A DNA stretch of 64,000 nucleotides from the human T2T-CHM13v2.0 reference genome, Homo sapiens, in assembly GCF_009914755.1 (NCBI RefSeq), contig NC_060934.1; one strand, 5' to 3'. Each line of letters starts with the position of its first letter. The first letter of the stretch is position 1. Made by a program: the position numbers and the translations under genes. This document shows positions 28,400 through 42,090 of this stretch, one piece after another. The notes beneath the pieces were generated by a model, which was given only the letters and a program-made list of their open reading frames with translations, was not told the origin of the DNA and searched no databases.

Positions 28400-31140
28400 G
28401 ATATAAAATGATTTGTTGATATCAAATTCAAGTTAGAAATGTCTAAAAAGGAGAAAAGAGCTAATTGGATTCGGAAAGAAAACGAAGTAAGAGATATTAG
28501 TTCAGCAATGAAGATTAAATTACATGGTGATCAAAGAAGAATGAATTCAATACAGTAAGTGGAACATTAGAGAAATGAATAAAAATATCCAGGAAGAGAA
28601 AAATGAAATAAAGAAGTAAAAATGATGAGACAGAAAGTGATACATACGGAAAGTAAGTTAAGATTATCAGAGAGAGATAGGTGGGGAGGTAGACAGATAG
28701 ATGACAGACAGATAAGGAGAGGGAGAGATATATATCACTGCTTAAAACTAGTGATGAAGATAAAATCATAGAAGTAGCCAGAAAAAAAAAGGTAAGGATG
28801 CCGGCTAAGTACAGAGCTATAAACATAAAGATGATGGCAAATTTCTCATCATCTTTAAAAATCTTTTAAACACTAAAATAAAAAGAAATCCATTGAACAA
28901 GAATCCTACACCTTTTGAAAATATCCTTCAAAAATAAAGGAAAAATTAAGTCTCTCTTCAGGGAACCAAAGGGTGAAAGACTTAATCACCAGCAAACCTG
29001 TACTAAAAAAAAATGTTAAAGGAAGTACTTCAGACAAAAGGCAAATAATATCAGAGGAAAATAAAGATTTACATAAAAGACAAATGAAAACCAGAAATGG
29101 TTACTATGTGGATATGCATAGAATGCATTTTTCTTGTTATTTAAATATTTTTAGAGGATGATTACTATTTGAACAAGATATAATAACAAAGTAGTGTGGA
29201 GTTTGTAACAAATGCTAAAGTAAAATGAATGGCAAAAACAGGAATAGAGCAGAGAGTGGGAAAATTGAAGAATGGTGTTGTGTTCTGACACTATACATGA
29301 GGTGGCATGTCACTTAAATGCAGATAGCAATAAAGGAAAGATGTATATTCTAAACTCTAGGACAGCCAGTAAAATAACAAAACAAAAACTGATGGCTAGT
29401 AAGCTAACAAGGAGATAAACAGAATCACAAATAATATTCAATTCGTCCAAAAGAGGGAAGAAAAAGAGGAAGTAGTAGATAAAACAGATGGGACAAACAG
29501 AAAACAAATAAAATAGTAAATTTAAGCTGAAACATATCAATAAACACATTCAATATAAATGATCTAAACCAATGGCTTTCCTGCACAAACACAAAGCAAC
29601 AATTGTTAGACTGGATGAAAAAGCAAGATCAAAATATATGCTGCCTACAAAAAGACTTCCTTTAAAGATAATAACACAAATAGGTTGAAAGTAAAGAGAT
29701 GAAAAAAAATCAAGCTAAAACTAAATAAAGGAAAGCAGAAGTAGCTGTATTAATATTTGATAAAGTAAATTTCAGTGCAAAGAACATTACCAGGGATAAA
29801 TAAGTTTATGTCACATAATAAAGGAGTCAATTTGTTAAGAAAAAATTACAATTCTAAATGTTTATGCACCTAATAAAAGAGCTTCAAAATATACGAAGCA
29901 AAAACTAATCTAACTGTAAAGATCAACAAATCCACAATTTCAGTCAGACACTTCAATATCCTTTACTCAATAATTGATAGAACGACTAGGTAGACATTCT
30001 GTAAGGGTGTAGAAGACTTGAACAATCCTAGCAAAATGTGACCTAATTCACATTTCTACCACACGCCACCCCACAGCAGTAAAATATTCATTCATTTCAA
30101 GTGTACACAGAACATTTATCAAGATAGACCATATTCTGGATCATAAAGCTGTTCTCAATAAATTTAAAATGATTCAAGTCATGCAAAGTACGTTCTCTGA
30201 CCACAATGGAAACACATTTGAGAAAAAATAACAAAAAGTCATTTGGAACATCTTCAAATATTCAGAAATTAAATAAGTCTAAATAGTGAATAAGTCAAAG
30301 TGTAAACCAAAAGGAGAATTAGAAACCTTTTTTAACTTGATGAGAACAAAAATGTAACATATCAGAATTTGTGAGATACTGCTAAAGCAGTGCTTAATGA
30401 GAAATTTATAAAACTACAAATATTAGAAAAGAACAAGGGCCTCAAATCAATGACTTCAACTTCCACTTTAGGAAACTAGAAAGAGGAAATAAAGCCCAAA
30501 ACAGCAAAATAATGTTCAGCAGGTTTTTTTAAACATTATATATACACCTAACTTATGATCCAGCAATTCTCATCCTAAGCATTTCCCCAAAAGATATAAA
30601 GCCTATTTTTACACAAACATTCATAGAAGCTTTATTTTGTAATAGCCAAAAATTGAAACAAATGTCTATTAACAGATTAATAGATAATCAAATTGTTGTA
30701 AATCCATACAATACTGCTCAGCAATAAAAAGGAAGTAATTACTGAAACGAGAAATAACATGGGTAAATTTCAAAATAATTATGCTGTTGGAAAAAAGCCA
30801 AATGCCCCTCCCCAAGAAAATCCCCAAATACTGTGCTATTTCATTTATATAAAATAAATAAAAATTATACAAATAAGCCATGAAATAGCGACAGGAAGGA
30901 ATTCAGTGATAGAAACAAATGGTGACAGAAAGTCTAAGAGGCTGAGTGGATCTGGGAGGTTTAAGAGGGAAGTATTATCAAAGGGTACTTTTGGAGGTGA
31001 TTAATATGTTCATTATCCTGAGTGTGGTAATAGTTTCACAAGTGTACACATATTTAAAAATTTATCAAACTGTGCACTTCAAATAGGTGCAGTTTATCAT
31101 ATGTCAGTTAAACATCATAAGAAGCTATTATAAATATTGT
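28400..31140 (+). mobile_element. Ancient L1M (ORF1, inter-ORF, 5' ORF2, then a 3'UTR piece)
   Basis: A-rich. GAAAATATCCTTCAAAAATAAAGG (ORF1), ATGCTGCCTACAA and AATGTTTATGCACCTAATAA (endonuclease domain), AAGATAGACCATATTCTGG. Confidence 0.75.
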
Positions 31141-31225
31141 AAAACTAGCAAAAGTAGGAAGTATCTTCATGACTTGGAGTAAGCAAAGATGTTTCTGGGA
31201 GACTACAAAAAGCACTAACCTACAA

Positions 31226-31629
31226 CAGTCCCCAGTGTGTGATGTTCCCCTTCCTGTGTCCATGTGTTCTCATTGTTCAATTCCCACCTATGATTGAGAA
31301 CATGGCGGTGTTTGGTTTTTTGTCCTTGTGATAGTTTGCTGAGAATGATGGTTTCCAACTTCATCCATGTCCCTACAAAGGACATGAACTCATCATTTTT
31401 TATGGCTGCATAGTATTCCATGGTGTATATGTGCCACATTTTCTTAATCCAGTCTATCATTGTGGGGTGGGGGGAGGGGGGAGGGATAGCATTAGGAGAT
31501 ATACCTAATGCTAAATGACGAGTTAATGGGTGCAGCACACCAACATGGCACATGTATACATATGCAACAAACCTGCATGTTGTGCACATGTACCCTAAAA
31601 CTTAAAGTATAATAATAATAAAATAAAAT
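31226..31629 (+). mobile_element. Young L1 (L1PA3/4-like), 5'-truncated with 5' inversion (twin priming)
   Basis: Perfect TSD AAAAAGCACTAACCTACAA at 31207-31225 and 31630-31648. Antisense segment about 31222-31463, sense 3' end about 31460-31629. Confidence 0.96.
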
Positions 31630-32819
31630 AAAAAGCACTAACCTACAAGACAGTTAAGACAATGAAAATGTAAGCCTTGGAGTGTAAGATATGCATACAA
31701 CATATTTCCAACAAATAGACTTGTATCCAAAATACATAATTCTTAAAAATCATTAAGAAAAATATTGACAATGTAATAAAAGTAGTGGAAAAAACTAATT
31801 TTACTTATTCTAGAATGACCAAGCAAGCTTTTACCTGATCCAAACATCCTGGAAATAATAAGCATATATTTATCATTATTTAATAAGAAAAAATTTAAAA
31901 ATAAAATTACATGAAGGCACTGGAGAGTATGAAAAGCATCTACATCCGGAAGGGACTTAAAGCTTGGGAGAAGGGGCCAGTGCAATGAGTGAGAGAAGAT
32001 CAAAGTTTTACAGGACAGCTAAAACTCCAATAGAAGAAAGCAGTTTATCTGAGCTGAAAAGCCCGAGACAGAGTCTGAAGCAACCACAGCTATTAATACT
32101 AAAACCTGATTACAGAAACCTACAAAAAAAAAAAAAAAAAAAAAAAAAAAAGCCAGACATGGGAGCAGTTGCAGAAAGAAAATGCAAGCAAGTGGCAGTT
32201 TAAACACTGCCCAAATCTCTGGCTTAACCCTCAACCACACATGCATAGGGCAGATTCAAAGCCATACAGTTAGAAGTTTTTAAAATCTAAACTTATATTG
32301 CGGTTGACAAACGAACAAACAAACGAAAAACAGAGTTATCAATTTGTGTCCAACCAAGTTAACACTCTACAGGGGAATAGGCAAAATCCAGAGTCTCCAC
32401 ATGAGCACATTCACAGTGGACAGGATACAATAACAAAACAGCCTCAACAGAAAAAACAGTCAACTGAAACTGGTATCAAAATGATCTAAATGTTGAAATT
32501 AGCAAACAAAAATCCTAAATCAGCTGTTATAACTACATCTTATAAGTAAAAGAAAATGTGCTTATACAAATAAAAACCTCGGAAATATAATCAGAAAAAA
32601 TAGAATCTACAAAAATTCAAGTGGAAATTCTAAAACTAAACAATGTATTATCTAAAGTTAAGAACACACTCTACGGGTTTAACATCATAATAGAATTATT
32701 AATTGCAGGGCAGAAGGGGGAAAATACTTAAAAGAAAGAGAGAGACAGAGACAGGGGAGACTAGAGCAGAAAAAAATATTTGAAATTGTAATTTCTTCAA
32801 TGTTTCCAATTTAGTGACA

Positions 32820-33244
32820 TATAGTAAAGAGACAAACTCCATGTTTAGTATTTGATTTCTGACTGCTTTTAAGCCCCACTCTGCTTCTTCGGATTTCTGC
32901 CCATATTAAGGCAAGCAAATAAGAAAGCCCAAGTGTGTCCTCCTTTTACACCAATGGGAAGTTCAAACCAGGCAGCCCTGGAGTGCATGGAGGAACACCC
33001 AAGCTGAATCTAATCCCTAACCACCATAAAAACCCCAAGCCAATCCCCTTTGTCTGCTTTCTCATGTCATTTCTGATCTTCTTGGGAAGCCTGCCCTTCT
33101 CTCCCTAGAAAGTTTTATTAAGGGAGTAATAAGTATGTTCATATTCTCTTGGTATGTGTGTATAGCATTATCAGGCTTGACATTTGCATCAATTTGGGAG
33201 GTTTGGGGGGGACTTCATCCCACTTCTGTTGGGTGACCAGAACA
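32820..33244 (+). mobile_element. Solo LTR (LTR47/MER72-like), inserted in L1M ORF1
   Basis: Perfect 5-bp TSD TGACA at 32815-32819 and 33245-33249. Ends in CA. Contains GGGAAGTTCAAACCA and CCTAACCACCATAAAAACCCCAAGCC. Family name is tentative. Confidence 0.75.
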
Positions 33245-33605
33245 TGACATCATAAATTTACAGATTTAAGAAGCTTATATAACTCCAAGCAGATTAGGCA
33301 CACACACACTTCTAGGAACACCAGTTAACATGCTAAAACCAAAAAGAAAGAGCAAATTTTAGAGGCAACTATAGGAAAACAATAAACTATCTATAGACAT
33401 ATATTGATTTGAATGACCACTATCTTCTCAAAAATTATGGAGTTTAGAAGACAGTGGAAAGTTATCTTTGAATTGAGAGAAAAGTAATCTCAGTCCAGAA
33501 TTGCATATCTTTGAGTGACTGAGAAATTAATTTATTTTTATATAAAAGAAAATTAAGAAAATCCTCTGGACCTGGACATAAACTGTAAGAAAAACCAGAC
33601 TTGAA

Positions 33606-33740
33606 GGAGGGTGCCATCAACATTTAGTGTTTAGAACACAGAGATCTCTAAACATCCTGCAAAGCATAGGACAGTTGCATAAAACAAATAATTATGCAGC
33701 CCAAAATGTCAAGAGTGTAAATATTGGGTATCACTAAGTT
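33606..33740 (+). mobile_element. MER20-like hAT DNA transposon fragment
   Basis: CTAAACATCCTGCAAAGCATAGGACAG..AATTATGCAGCCCAAAATGTCAA. Confidence 0.7.
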
Positions 33741-36029
33741 AAGATATTCACGACAGTGTAGTACTGACAGAAGAGTTGACAAATACATAGATGAAATAAA
33801 CTAGAGCATCCAGAAACACACCCACAGTCACTTCCTTTTAATGAAGATCTCAAAAGTATTTATTGGGAAAGGAAATTCTTCTCAACAAATGGTACTTATA
33901 TAACTAGATATCCTTTTTGGGAAAAATAATGAACCTTCAACCCTACCTAATACTATACGTATAATGAAGTTAAATCCTAGGCCTAAAATAAAAGCTAAAA
34001 CTAAAGAGATTTTAGTGGATACCACAGGAGAATATATTTGTGATTTAGGAATATTCTTAGAGAGGTCGTGGAAAACAATAACCCTAAGAGCAAAATTGAT
34101 TGGTTAGACTCAACTGTTACTTTTTAAAAATCTGCTCTTCAAAAGAATATAGGAAAGCTCACTCTGGGAGAAAATTAAACAGTTCATTTCTAAATAATTC
34201 ATTGATCAAAGCAAAACAAAACAAGAAAAATAAGGAACCAAACTGAAAAGGGACATTAGAATATATTTTTAACTGCATGACAATGAAAACACTTGTTAAA
34301 ATTAGTGAGACACAGCGACATCAGTGCTTAGAAGGAAACTTACAGCTTTAAAGGCCTATATTAGCAAATAAGAAAGGCCTCAAACCGTTGACCTAAATTT
34401 TGACCATATGAAACTAGAGAAGGAGAATAAAAGTAAACATAGATAAAGCAGCAATAAAGAAACAAATACTATACCAGAAATCAACAAAATGGAATAAGGA
34501 AAAATCTAAAGAAAAATAACAGTGAAACCAAAAGGTTTTTCTTTGAACATGTAAACAAAATGAATAAATCTTTACCTAAACTGACAAACTAAAAATAGAA
34601 AAGACACAAAGTATCAAAACCAAGATTAAAGGAGAAAACATCACTCCCAATCCCATGTAAATCAAAAGATTTTCTTTTAAAACAATACTATAAATAACAA
34701 TATCAACAAATTAAACAACTTAATAAAATATAAACTCTTGGACACAAATTATCAAGGATTACTCAAGAAAAATTCTGAATATGCATATAACCAACATATA
34801 AATATTGCATTCCTAATTTAAAATATTCTCACAAAAATAAGTCCAGGCCCAGATGACTTCATTTGTGTAATCTACCAAATATTTAAGGACTATAATTTAA
34901 AGAATAATACAAACCTTTCACAAACTGTTTCAGAAAATAGAGAAGTAGGGAACGGTTCTCATTTCATTCTATCAGACCAACACTACTCTGATATTAAAGC
35001 TAAAGACATGAAAATAAAACAAAGTGAAAAATAGATACAAAAATTCTCAACTACATATGAGCAAACTATATCCATCAACATATGAAAATAAAAACATATC
35101 ATAACCAAGTGGAATTTGTGCTAGAATTGCAAGGTTAGTTTAACATCCAAAAAGCAATCAAAGCAATACACCACATTAATAAAATAAAGGGCAAAAAAGA
35201 TCATCTTAATAGATGCAAATAAATCATTTAAGAAAATCTAATACTTACTTATGATAAAAATCTCTCAACAAACTATGAATAAATGGAATGTCCTCAAACT
35301 GAAAAAGGACATCTATCATCACACTCAATGGTAACATCATACTCAATGGTAAAAGATTGAATGTTGTCTCCCTAAGATCCATAACAATGCACAATGCATG
35401 CTCTTACCACTTCCATTCTACATTATACTGAAAGTTATGTCCAGTGCAATCACACTGAAATATAGGATACTCAGATTGTAAAAAAAAAGTAAGACTGTCT
35501 TTATTTGTATGCACAATCTTATATGTAGACAGTCCTATGGAATTCACACACATAAACGTGCACACACAAGCAAATGCACATGCAACTACTGGAACTAACG
35601 ATACAGATCAGCAAGATCACTGGGTTCAAAAATCAATATACAAAAATCAAGTCCATCTATATATGCGAACAATAAGTAACTTAAATATGAAACTAAGAGA
35701 ATGATGCCACTCACAACATTAAAAATAATAAAAAGACATTGGGGAAATAAATAAGTTCCTGTACACAGAAAACTACAAACATTTCTGAGAGAATATAGAA
35801 AATATATAAATAAAATGAGAGACACTCCATGTTAATGGACTGGAGGACTTAATATTGTCCATATGGTAGTTCCATCCAAATTGATTCTATGCTGTTTACA
35901 TGCAGGGAGAAAGTGTTTTGGTTATTTAACGTAACATTATTTCCCCTTGAGGGTCCTATTTCTCACTGTAACCTTGACATCCATTTGTATTTCAGTCTCT
36001 GTGAGTTTGGTTAATGCAAGTGTGATCAT

Positions 36030-36580
36030 ACTCTGGTGTTTGTTGGAAATTGCTGCTTGCTTATCCAGCATCTATTTTCTCTTCCTAATAATACTTGTTT
36101 TAAAAAATTATCTGCTCTCCCTTTCCCAGCAGCTCACTGTAGCCCCTGCTCTAGGGGAGTGGTCCTAATTCGTAATCCACTGTAGATACACTCCTTGCAG
36201 GGATTGTGTGGATTGCTGCAGGAACACAGATAACATCCACCAAAATATAGCAATTAAATCAGAAATGAGCAAGAGACCCATTTGAGTCCAAAGACTCACA
36301 GGGAATATATCTATGATGGGAGAGCAGTTATTTTTGAGAAGTCTCGTCAATCTTTTTTTTTTTTTTTTTTTTTAAAGAGAGACCCTAAAAATTAAGATTC
36401 CTTCAGCATCAAGATGAAGTGGACGCCAAGAGGAAAGCAACGTCGAGAGAATGGTAGAAATACGGAGCCAGGTGCTGATGAACAGAGCAGGCACCTGACT
36501 TGGTAAATCCGCTTTGTGGTTTTAGCCAGTTTGAATTGGATTTTTTGTTTCCGGTGACTTAAGACATTTCAACTTATTCA
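36030..36580 (+). mobile_element. Old MaLR (MLT1K/L-like) LTR containing a T21 run
   Basis: 3' end TTTAGCCAGTTTGAATTGGATTTTTTGTT..CAACTTATTCA resembles an MLT1 terminus. Confidence 0.45.
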
Positions 36581-37299
36581 GCCTCTGACAAAATCAAGTT
36601 TCTAGAACTGTGGAAATGAGAGCCTGACTGTGAAACAGTGTGGCTTCACTATGTGTTTCTCCTTTCTGCAGTTTTCCAGGGGTGCCTCCCAAAATACCTA
36701 AATTAGGAAAACAAGCTATGAGTGATAAAAAATCTTTAAGTCAATGCTGACAAGATTGTGGGGAAACATGAACGGTGCAGTTTGTTTTTGGCATAGCAAA
36801 TTGATTCAATCTTTCTAAGGAGAAATCTGTTGCTATGTAATAAAATCTTTAAAACTGTTCAGTTTTGACCCAGAAATTCAACTTCTGTGATTATATCTAA
36901 AGAAATTCTCCTGAATAAAAATAAACAAAATTTTAGGTCCTCATAGAAATACTATTAGAAATAGGAAAAAAGCTGGCAAATAATTCAATTACCAATCAAA
37001 TGGGGAGGATGATAAATTAACATAAAGAAATATTGTTGTCTATCCAAATAAAAAAAAAATTGGAACTGTGCTTACTTGAAACAAATATGAAATAAAGCTA
37101 AATCAAAACAGTAGAACACAAAATGGTAAGAACACATTATTCCCTAGGACAACAGCCTTTCTTTATGTGCTCATAACTTATCAAATCACATTATCTTCTA
37201 CAGATATAGGGGAAGGTTACTCTCCTATAAACACATAAACACACACACACATAACACACACACCCAACTACCTCCCCCAGACACAGCAGTAGCAACTTG

Positions 37300-38450
37300 A
37301 ACTGAGTAGTGAGCTAAGAAATAGAAACACAAATGGGAAAAAAGATCAATACATATCTTTATAACCTTACTGTGGAGTATGGAGCACAACAGATGGGCAG
37401 GAAATCACTGAATGAATAAGGTATTCACCAGTTGTGATAAGCTTGGTGGCAATAAGTATGGTGATGGGGAGTGTGTAACTGGGTGAATGAGGTTATGGAC
37501 TGAATGTTTGTGTCCCCCCAGTATATTAGTACATGGAAGCCCTACCTTCCAATGTTGGTATTTGAAGATGGGGCCTTGAGGAGGAAATTATGTTTAGATG
37601 AGGTCATGAGAATGGGATTAGAAGAAGAGGAAAGAACTGGAGTTTGCTCACTCTCTCTCCTTCTTGTGAGGACATAGCAAGAAGGTGGCCGCCTGAGATC
37701 CAGGAAGAGAGCCCTCACCAGGAACCAAATTAGCCACCGCCTTATCTTGACGTCCCAGCCTCCAGGTGAGAAACGAATGCCTGTTGTTTAAACCACCCTG
37801 CCCATGGTGTTCTGTTTAGTAGCTTGAGCTAAGTTAGGTTTCTTTGGATTAGGTGGTAAGGAAACAATTTTTCTGAGGAAAAGATATTTAAGCTGAGATT
37901 TAAATAATGAAGAGAAGCTTTCCAAGAGCTAGGAGAAGAGAGTCTATGTAGGGCTGTTAATAAATGTAATAAACTGAGATGAGGAAAGTTTAGCATATTC
38001 CAGGAAGAGAAAAGGCACCATTGTGACCAAAGCACGTACCAGGGTACAAAGGGCACACCATGGCCTTCTAGAAGGACCCAGGAGCCCTACATGCAAGACC
38101 TTTCCTGCCACAGTAAAGAACTGGATTTGTACTAAGCGTAATGTTTGCCATTAAGTGGACTGAGGAAGGGGAAGGAAATGATCATAGTTATTTTTTAAAG
38201 GGATCACTCTTGCTGCCATATAGGCAGTGGATAAATTATAGGGGCCCAAGTTTGGAAGCAGGGAGAACAGTGAGGAGGTTGCAGTAGGGTCCCAGGGAAA
38301 TATGATGGTGACCTAGACCATGGCTGCAGCAATGACACTCAGAGCAGCACAGCTTGTTTGGAAGTACCTTTAGTAGGACACACAAGTGGATTCAAGATGG
38401 GAGCAGAAAGCAGGGGAAACACCAAAGCCAGATCACAGGAGTGTGGGTTG
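37300..38450 (-). mobile_element. L2 fragment, split by MLT1A
   Basis: TCTGAGGAAAAGATATTTAAGCTGAGA, GGATCACTCTTGCTGC and GAAGCAGGGAGAACAGTGAGGAGG are antisense L2. Confidence 0.7.
37491..37833 (+). mobile_element. MLT1A-like MaLR solo LTR
   Basis: TTATGGACTGAATGTTTGTGTCCCCC..GATGAGGTCATGAG..CCAGGAAGAGAGCCCTCACCAGGAACC..CCAGCCTCCAG. Confidence 0.88.
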
Positions 38451-39463
38451 GACTTCCTGCTACTTCACTGCAGGTACGGAGCATGCAGTCTAGAGAACAA
38501 TACTAATGATGATCCCATGTGATCCCCAAATAGAATATACAGGCAGAAAGCTTATGATGAAAAGCATGAACCAACACACAAAGCTGGTGGAGTATGGAAC
38601 TGGGGAGTTGAAGCCCAGAATAAACAGAAGGACCATGGATTCTTTAAGCCATGAAGAAAGAGCTGCATACATTTTGTTTGTGGTTCCTGCTGCAGTAGGC
38701 AGACAGGCTGAGGTAAGCTATATGCTCTTGCATTGAAGTCCTGGCCTAGACTCCATCTCCAACCTGTTTTAAAAAGTGTCCAAATGTAAATCTCTACCCA
38801 AGAACACTGTCCAAAAACATGAGTTAAAATAGACAGCATTCTACTGGGCATCAGATGTCCTGCTGGCATCTGATAATCCACATGTATAAAAGAGAAAAGC
38901 ATCTTCTATCTCCTTGCCCCCAGCAGGTACACCTATGCACCCCACTTAATTTAACAGGGTCATCTTGCAGTGCTAGAGTTTTCTTTTGTTTTTAGAAATA
39001 TTAATGTCTGGTGAACTTGTTGTCCAAAGCTCAGCATTGCTTATCTCACTGTAAAGTCCTCCATGGTCTTGGGTTGTTTCTAAGCAGTAGCAGTCATTCT
39101 CCCCACTCCCTCTCATGAAAACTTGTATCCATTTGTTACCTCTCACCACGTTTTAGCAATTGTCTGTAGACAATCTCTACCAACATCACTCATCTCTGTA
39201 TTCCCAGATTCTGAAAGTGACTGAGCTACATTGCTATTAGATGCTCAGTACTTCTTTGCTGAATGATGGGATGCATGCAAGCCTATTCACTAGCAGGCAA
39301 GGCCATCAGTGAGAAATGAAACATCACAATTGGAACATCACATTTGACAGGAATAAAGAATTATGCTGATGGAGGAGATGGAGCTGTTCAAGCAGGACTT
39401 AGAAGAAGCTCTTATTGCAGCCATTCTGTGCAGATTCCTTATCTTGTGTTATGTGAATACCAG

Positions 39464-39800
39464 TGTGCCAGTCAAGGCTCAGTCAGAGAAGCAGAATCTC
39501 CATGGTGTGGATGTCCTGCAGAGTCCTGTGCTCCTTGATGTTTAAACACACACCTGGCTCAATAGTCAGAGAAGCTGAAGGAGGAGCCAGGGGAAGGTGA
39601 AGCAGGTGTGGGACCAGCTGCAGACTCATTCCCACAGGTGAGTCAGCAGATGAGCAATTGAGGCTGACCTCCAAGATGACTGCCACTGTCTTTCTGCCTC
39701 CAGGTCTCCCCATGGCCCACCCTGACTGGAAACATAGAGGAAAGGGTGTTCTAGAAAGTGTGGTTTAGCATAGCCAAGTTAACAAAGACACCAAACACAA
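39464..39800 (-). mobile_element. Old ERVL LTR (LTR40-like)
   Basis: TGTGCCAGTCAAGGCTCAGTCAGAGAAGCAGAA at one end and GGAAACATAGAGGAAAGGG..TAGCCAAGTTAACA at the other. Family is tentative. Confidence 0.5.
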
Positions 39801-40834
39801 GAGCATTGATAATGGAGTTTAAAAGGGTGATCCTGGTTGTTCTAAGGTTTGGTTACTCGTTTTGGAGCTGGATACCTGATGCATCGAAAAGATGTTGAGT
39901 TTCCTGCAATAGTCCCATGAATACATTATTTGTTAATTTTGTGGCCCTCTGTCACTCTAATAAAAGACAACTTAAATCTTGGGCTTCAGCTGTAAAAGTC
40001 TCTATTAATGCATTCGAGCTGTGGAGAAGCAGGATCAAGGTCAAGTGTGACAGAGCCCTTCCCCGTAGAAGGGAACTCTTGACGACCAGCTGGCCCTTGC
40101 TCAGAGGGTGATCCAGTGTTCTAAACACAGTGGGGCCGGAATAGCTGAGTCCAATTGAACCATGAGGCTTTGCTTTACTGGATGTACCCTGAGGATGAAG
40201 TTATCAATTAATGATAGGTGAGTAGATAGATGGATGAATACATGTGTAGCTAAGTGTACGTAATATAAAAGCAAAATAATTGCTCAAAATTATGGCTATT
40301 CTTAGTGTTGAATTTTTTCTGTGTATTGTCATACAAAGAACCACATGTGATCAAATAAGCAGTGTCCTCAGCAACGTTCTGACAGTACTCACAATACTAA
40401 GTTTCACAGGATCACTCCTTATTGTGACCTTCTGTTTAATCAAATGGCACCACACAAAAGCACAGTTCAATAAAGTGGTTTACTGGGGCCCAGGAAGATG
40501 TAGCTGAGCCAGAACATTTTAATACACAAAACAGTGTGTTTCTATTTTTCTGCTACTATTTTTTTCTCCCTATTCTTACCCAGTTAAACCTCAGAGAAGG
40601 GTTATTAGAGCCTTTTGAAGTTTTAAAAGTCTAATTCTAATTCATTTAGAAAAAAAGCAGCATGTTGGGGCAGAACATGGTTTCTACCTCCAGCGACATG
40701 CCCCCCAGGGTTCCCCAGGCTATGAAGATGAAAAAGGCTGAGAGGCACATGGCACAGAGCAGAGGGTGTCAAAATCAGGGCTGAGGTCTCCTTGAGGCTT
40801 CATGGAGACAAAGAGGCAAAAGAGGAAACAATGA

Positions 40835-41225
40835 CTCAGTCAGAACAATTTAGAACATGTTGCACTGACAAACAACCCCCAAATCTCAGAGGCTTCAAAT
40901 ACCAAAGTTCATGTCTTATTTATTGTATGCACCCAAGGGTGTCCTTGGCAGGTCTTTGCTCATTCCAGGTATGCGGAGACCTGGGCTGACAGAGCAGCTA
41001 CCATATTGAATGTTGCCAGCTGCTATGTCAGAGGAAGAGAAATCACTGTTCTCAAGCTGAGAGTTAAATCCTCCAGCCAAGGTGATGTCTATCCCATCTG
41101 ATCAAAGCTCACTGGACGGAGCTAGTCAGATAGCCCCACTCAACCTCAGGGGTCCAGAGGAACCATCCTACAAGTGCCTCGAAAGAGGAAAGAAGTGTCT
41201 ATATATTGGCAGCACCGATGAAAAC
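40835..41225 (-). mobile_element. Old MaLR LTR (MLT1J/K/L-like)
   Basis: ACAAACAACCCCCAAATCTCAGAGGCTT..GGCTGACAGAGCAGCTACCAT..GCTCACTGG..GCTAGTCA. Confidence 0.75.
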
Positions 41226-41814
41226 CCCTGTCAACATCCAGAAATAGCCTGACCTCCATCTGAATAAGCACCATAAAAGCACTTCCTGAGCCTTCCTGGC
41301 CTCAGTTTCCTCCTGGGCAAGTGCTGTGCTTCACCTATATGGGGGTGCCGATTTCAATTTCCTCCCCATTGTGATCCAGGAAGACCTCTACAGACAGTAG
41401 CCAGTAAGTTGCCTATTGACTTTCATGCAGGAGTTAAGTCCCTCAGTCCAAAGGATGCTGCTTGTTTCTCTGCAAAAGTGGCCCAGGATTCTAAGTCCTT
41501 AAAAGAAAGAGTGGGGCCTAGGGCACTGTGGCAGTGATGTGAAAGAGAAAGATTATTTTGGGTGAAAATGGAAAGGTTCCCCCTGAGGTGATAGCTTCCT
41601 ATAGCTGTAGTCATTCATTTACAAAACATTAATTTACAGGGGTGTATCTTTCAGATTCTGCGGTAGGCAATGAGGCATTTTGCTACACTTACTCATGGGA
41701 AAATATTCCAGTCTTTTGAGGATGTGCAATGAGGTTGTATTGATGAAATTTTCAAGATTTCATTTAATTCTAACAATTTTATGGTAAGTCTGAGTGATAT
41801 TTTGTATATCCATG

Positions 41815-42090
41815 CAAGCAAGATTGTGTAATAATAAAACACACAGATTTTAAAGTCAGACAGAATTTAGTCAAATTCTGTCCCTAGATAGCCTGTCACA
41901 CCTCAGATGATGTACTTCATCTCTCTTAACTTTTCTCATGCAAAATAAAAATGATTTTTATCTTGCAGGGTTGGCTTTGCTTACCTTAAAGTGGAGATAA
42001 TATTTATATTAGTATCGACCCTAGAATTAATATTTATATATATAAACTGATTAACAGAACATGGTGGTACATTGGAGAAATGATTATTAC
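41815..42090 (+). mobile_element. MIR
   Basis: ACAGATTTTAAAGTCAGACAGA..TACTTCATCTCTCT..TTTTCTCATGCAAAAT..CAGGGTTG. Confidence 0.6.

Larger units (their letters stand above)
31750..35890 (+). mobile_element. Mosaic of ancient L1M 5'/ORF1 and ORF2 remnants
   Basis: ORF1-like sequence at 32480-33560. ORF2-like sequence at 34240-35890 (GTCCAGGCCCAGATGACTTCA, TTAATAGATGCA, ATGGACTGGAGGACTTAATATTGT). Confidence 0.7.
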
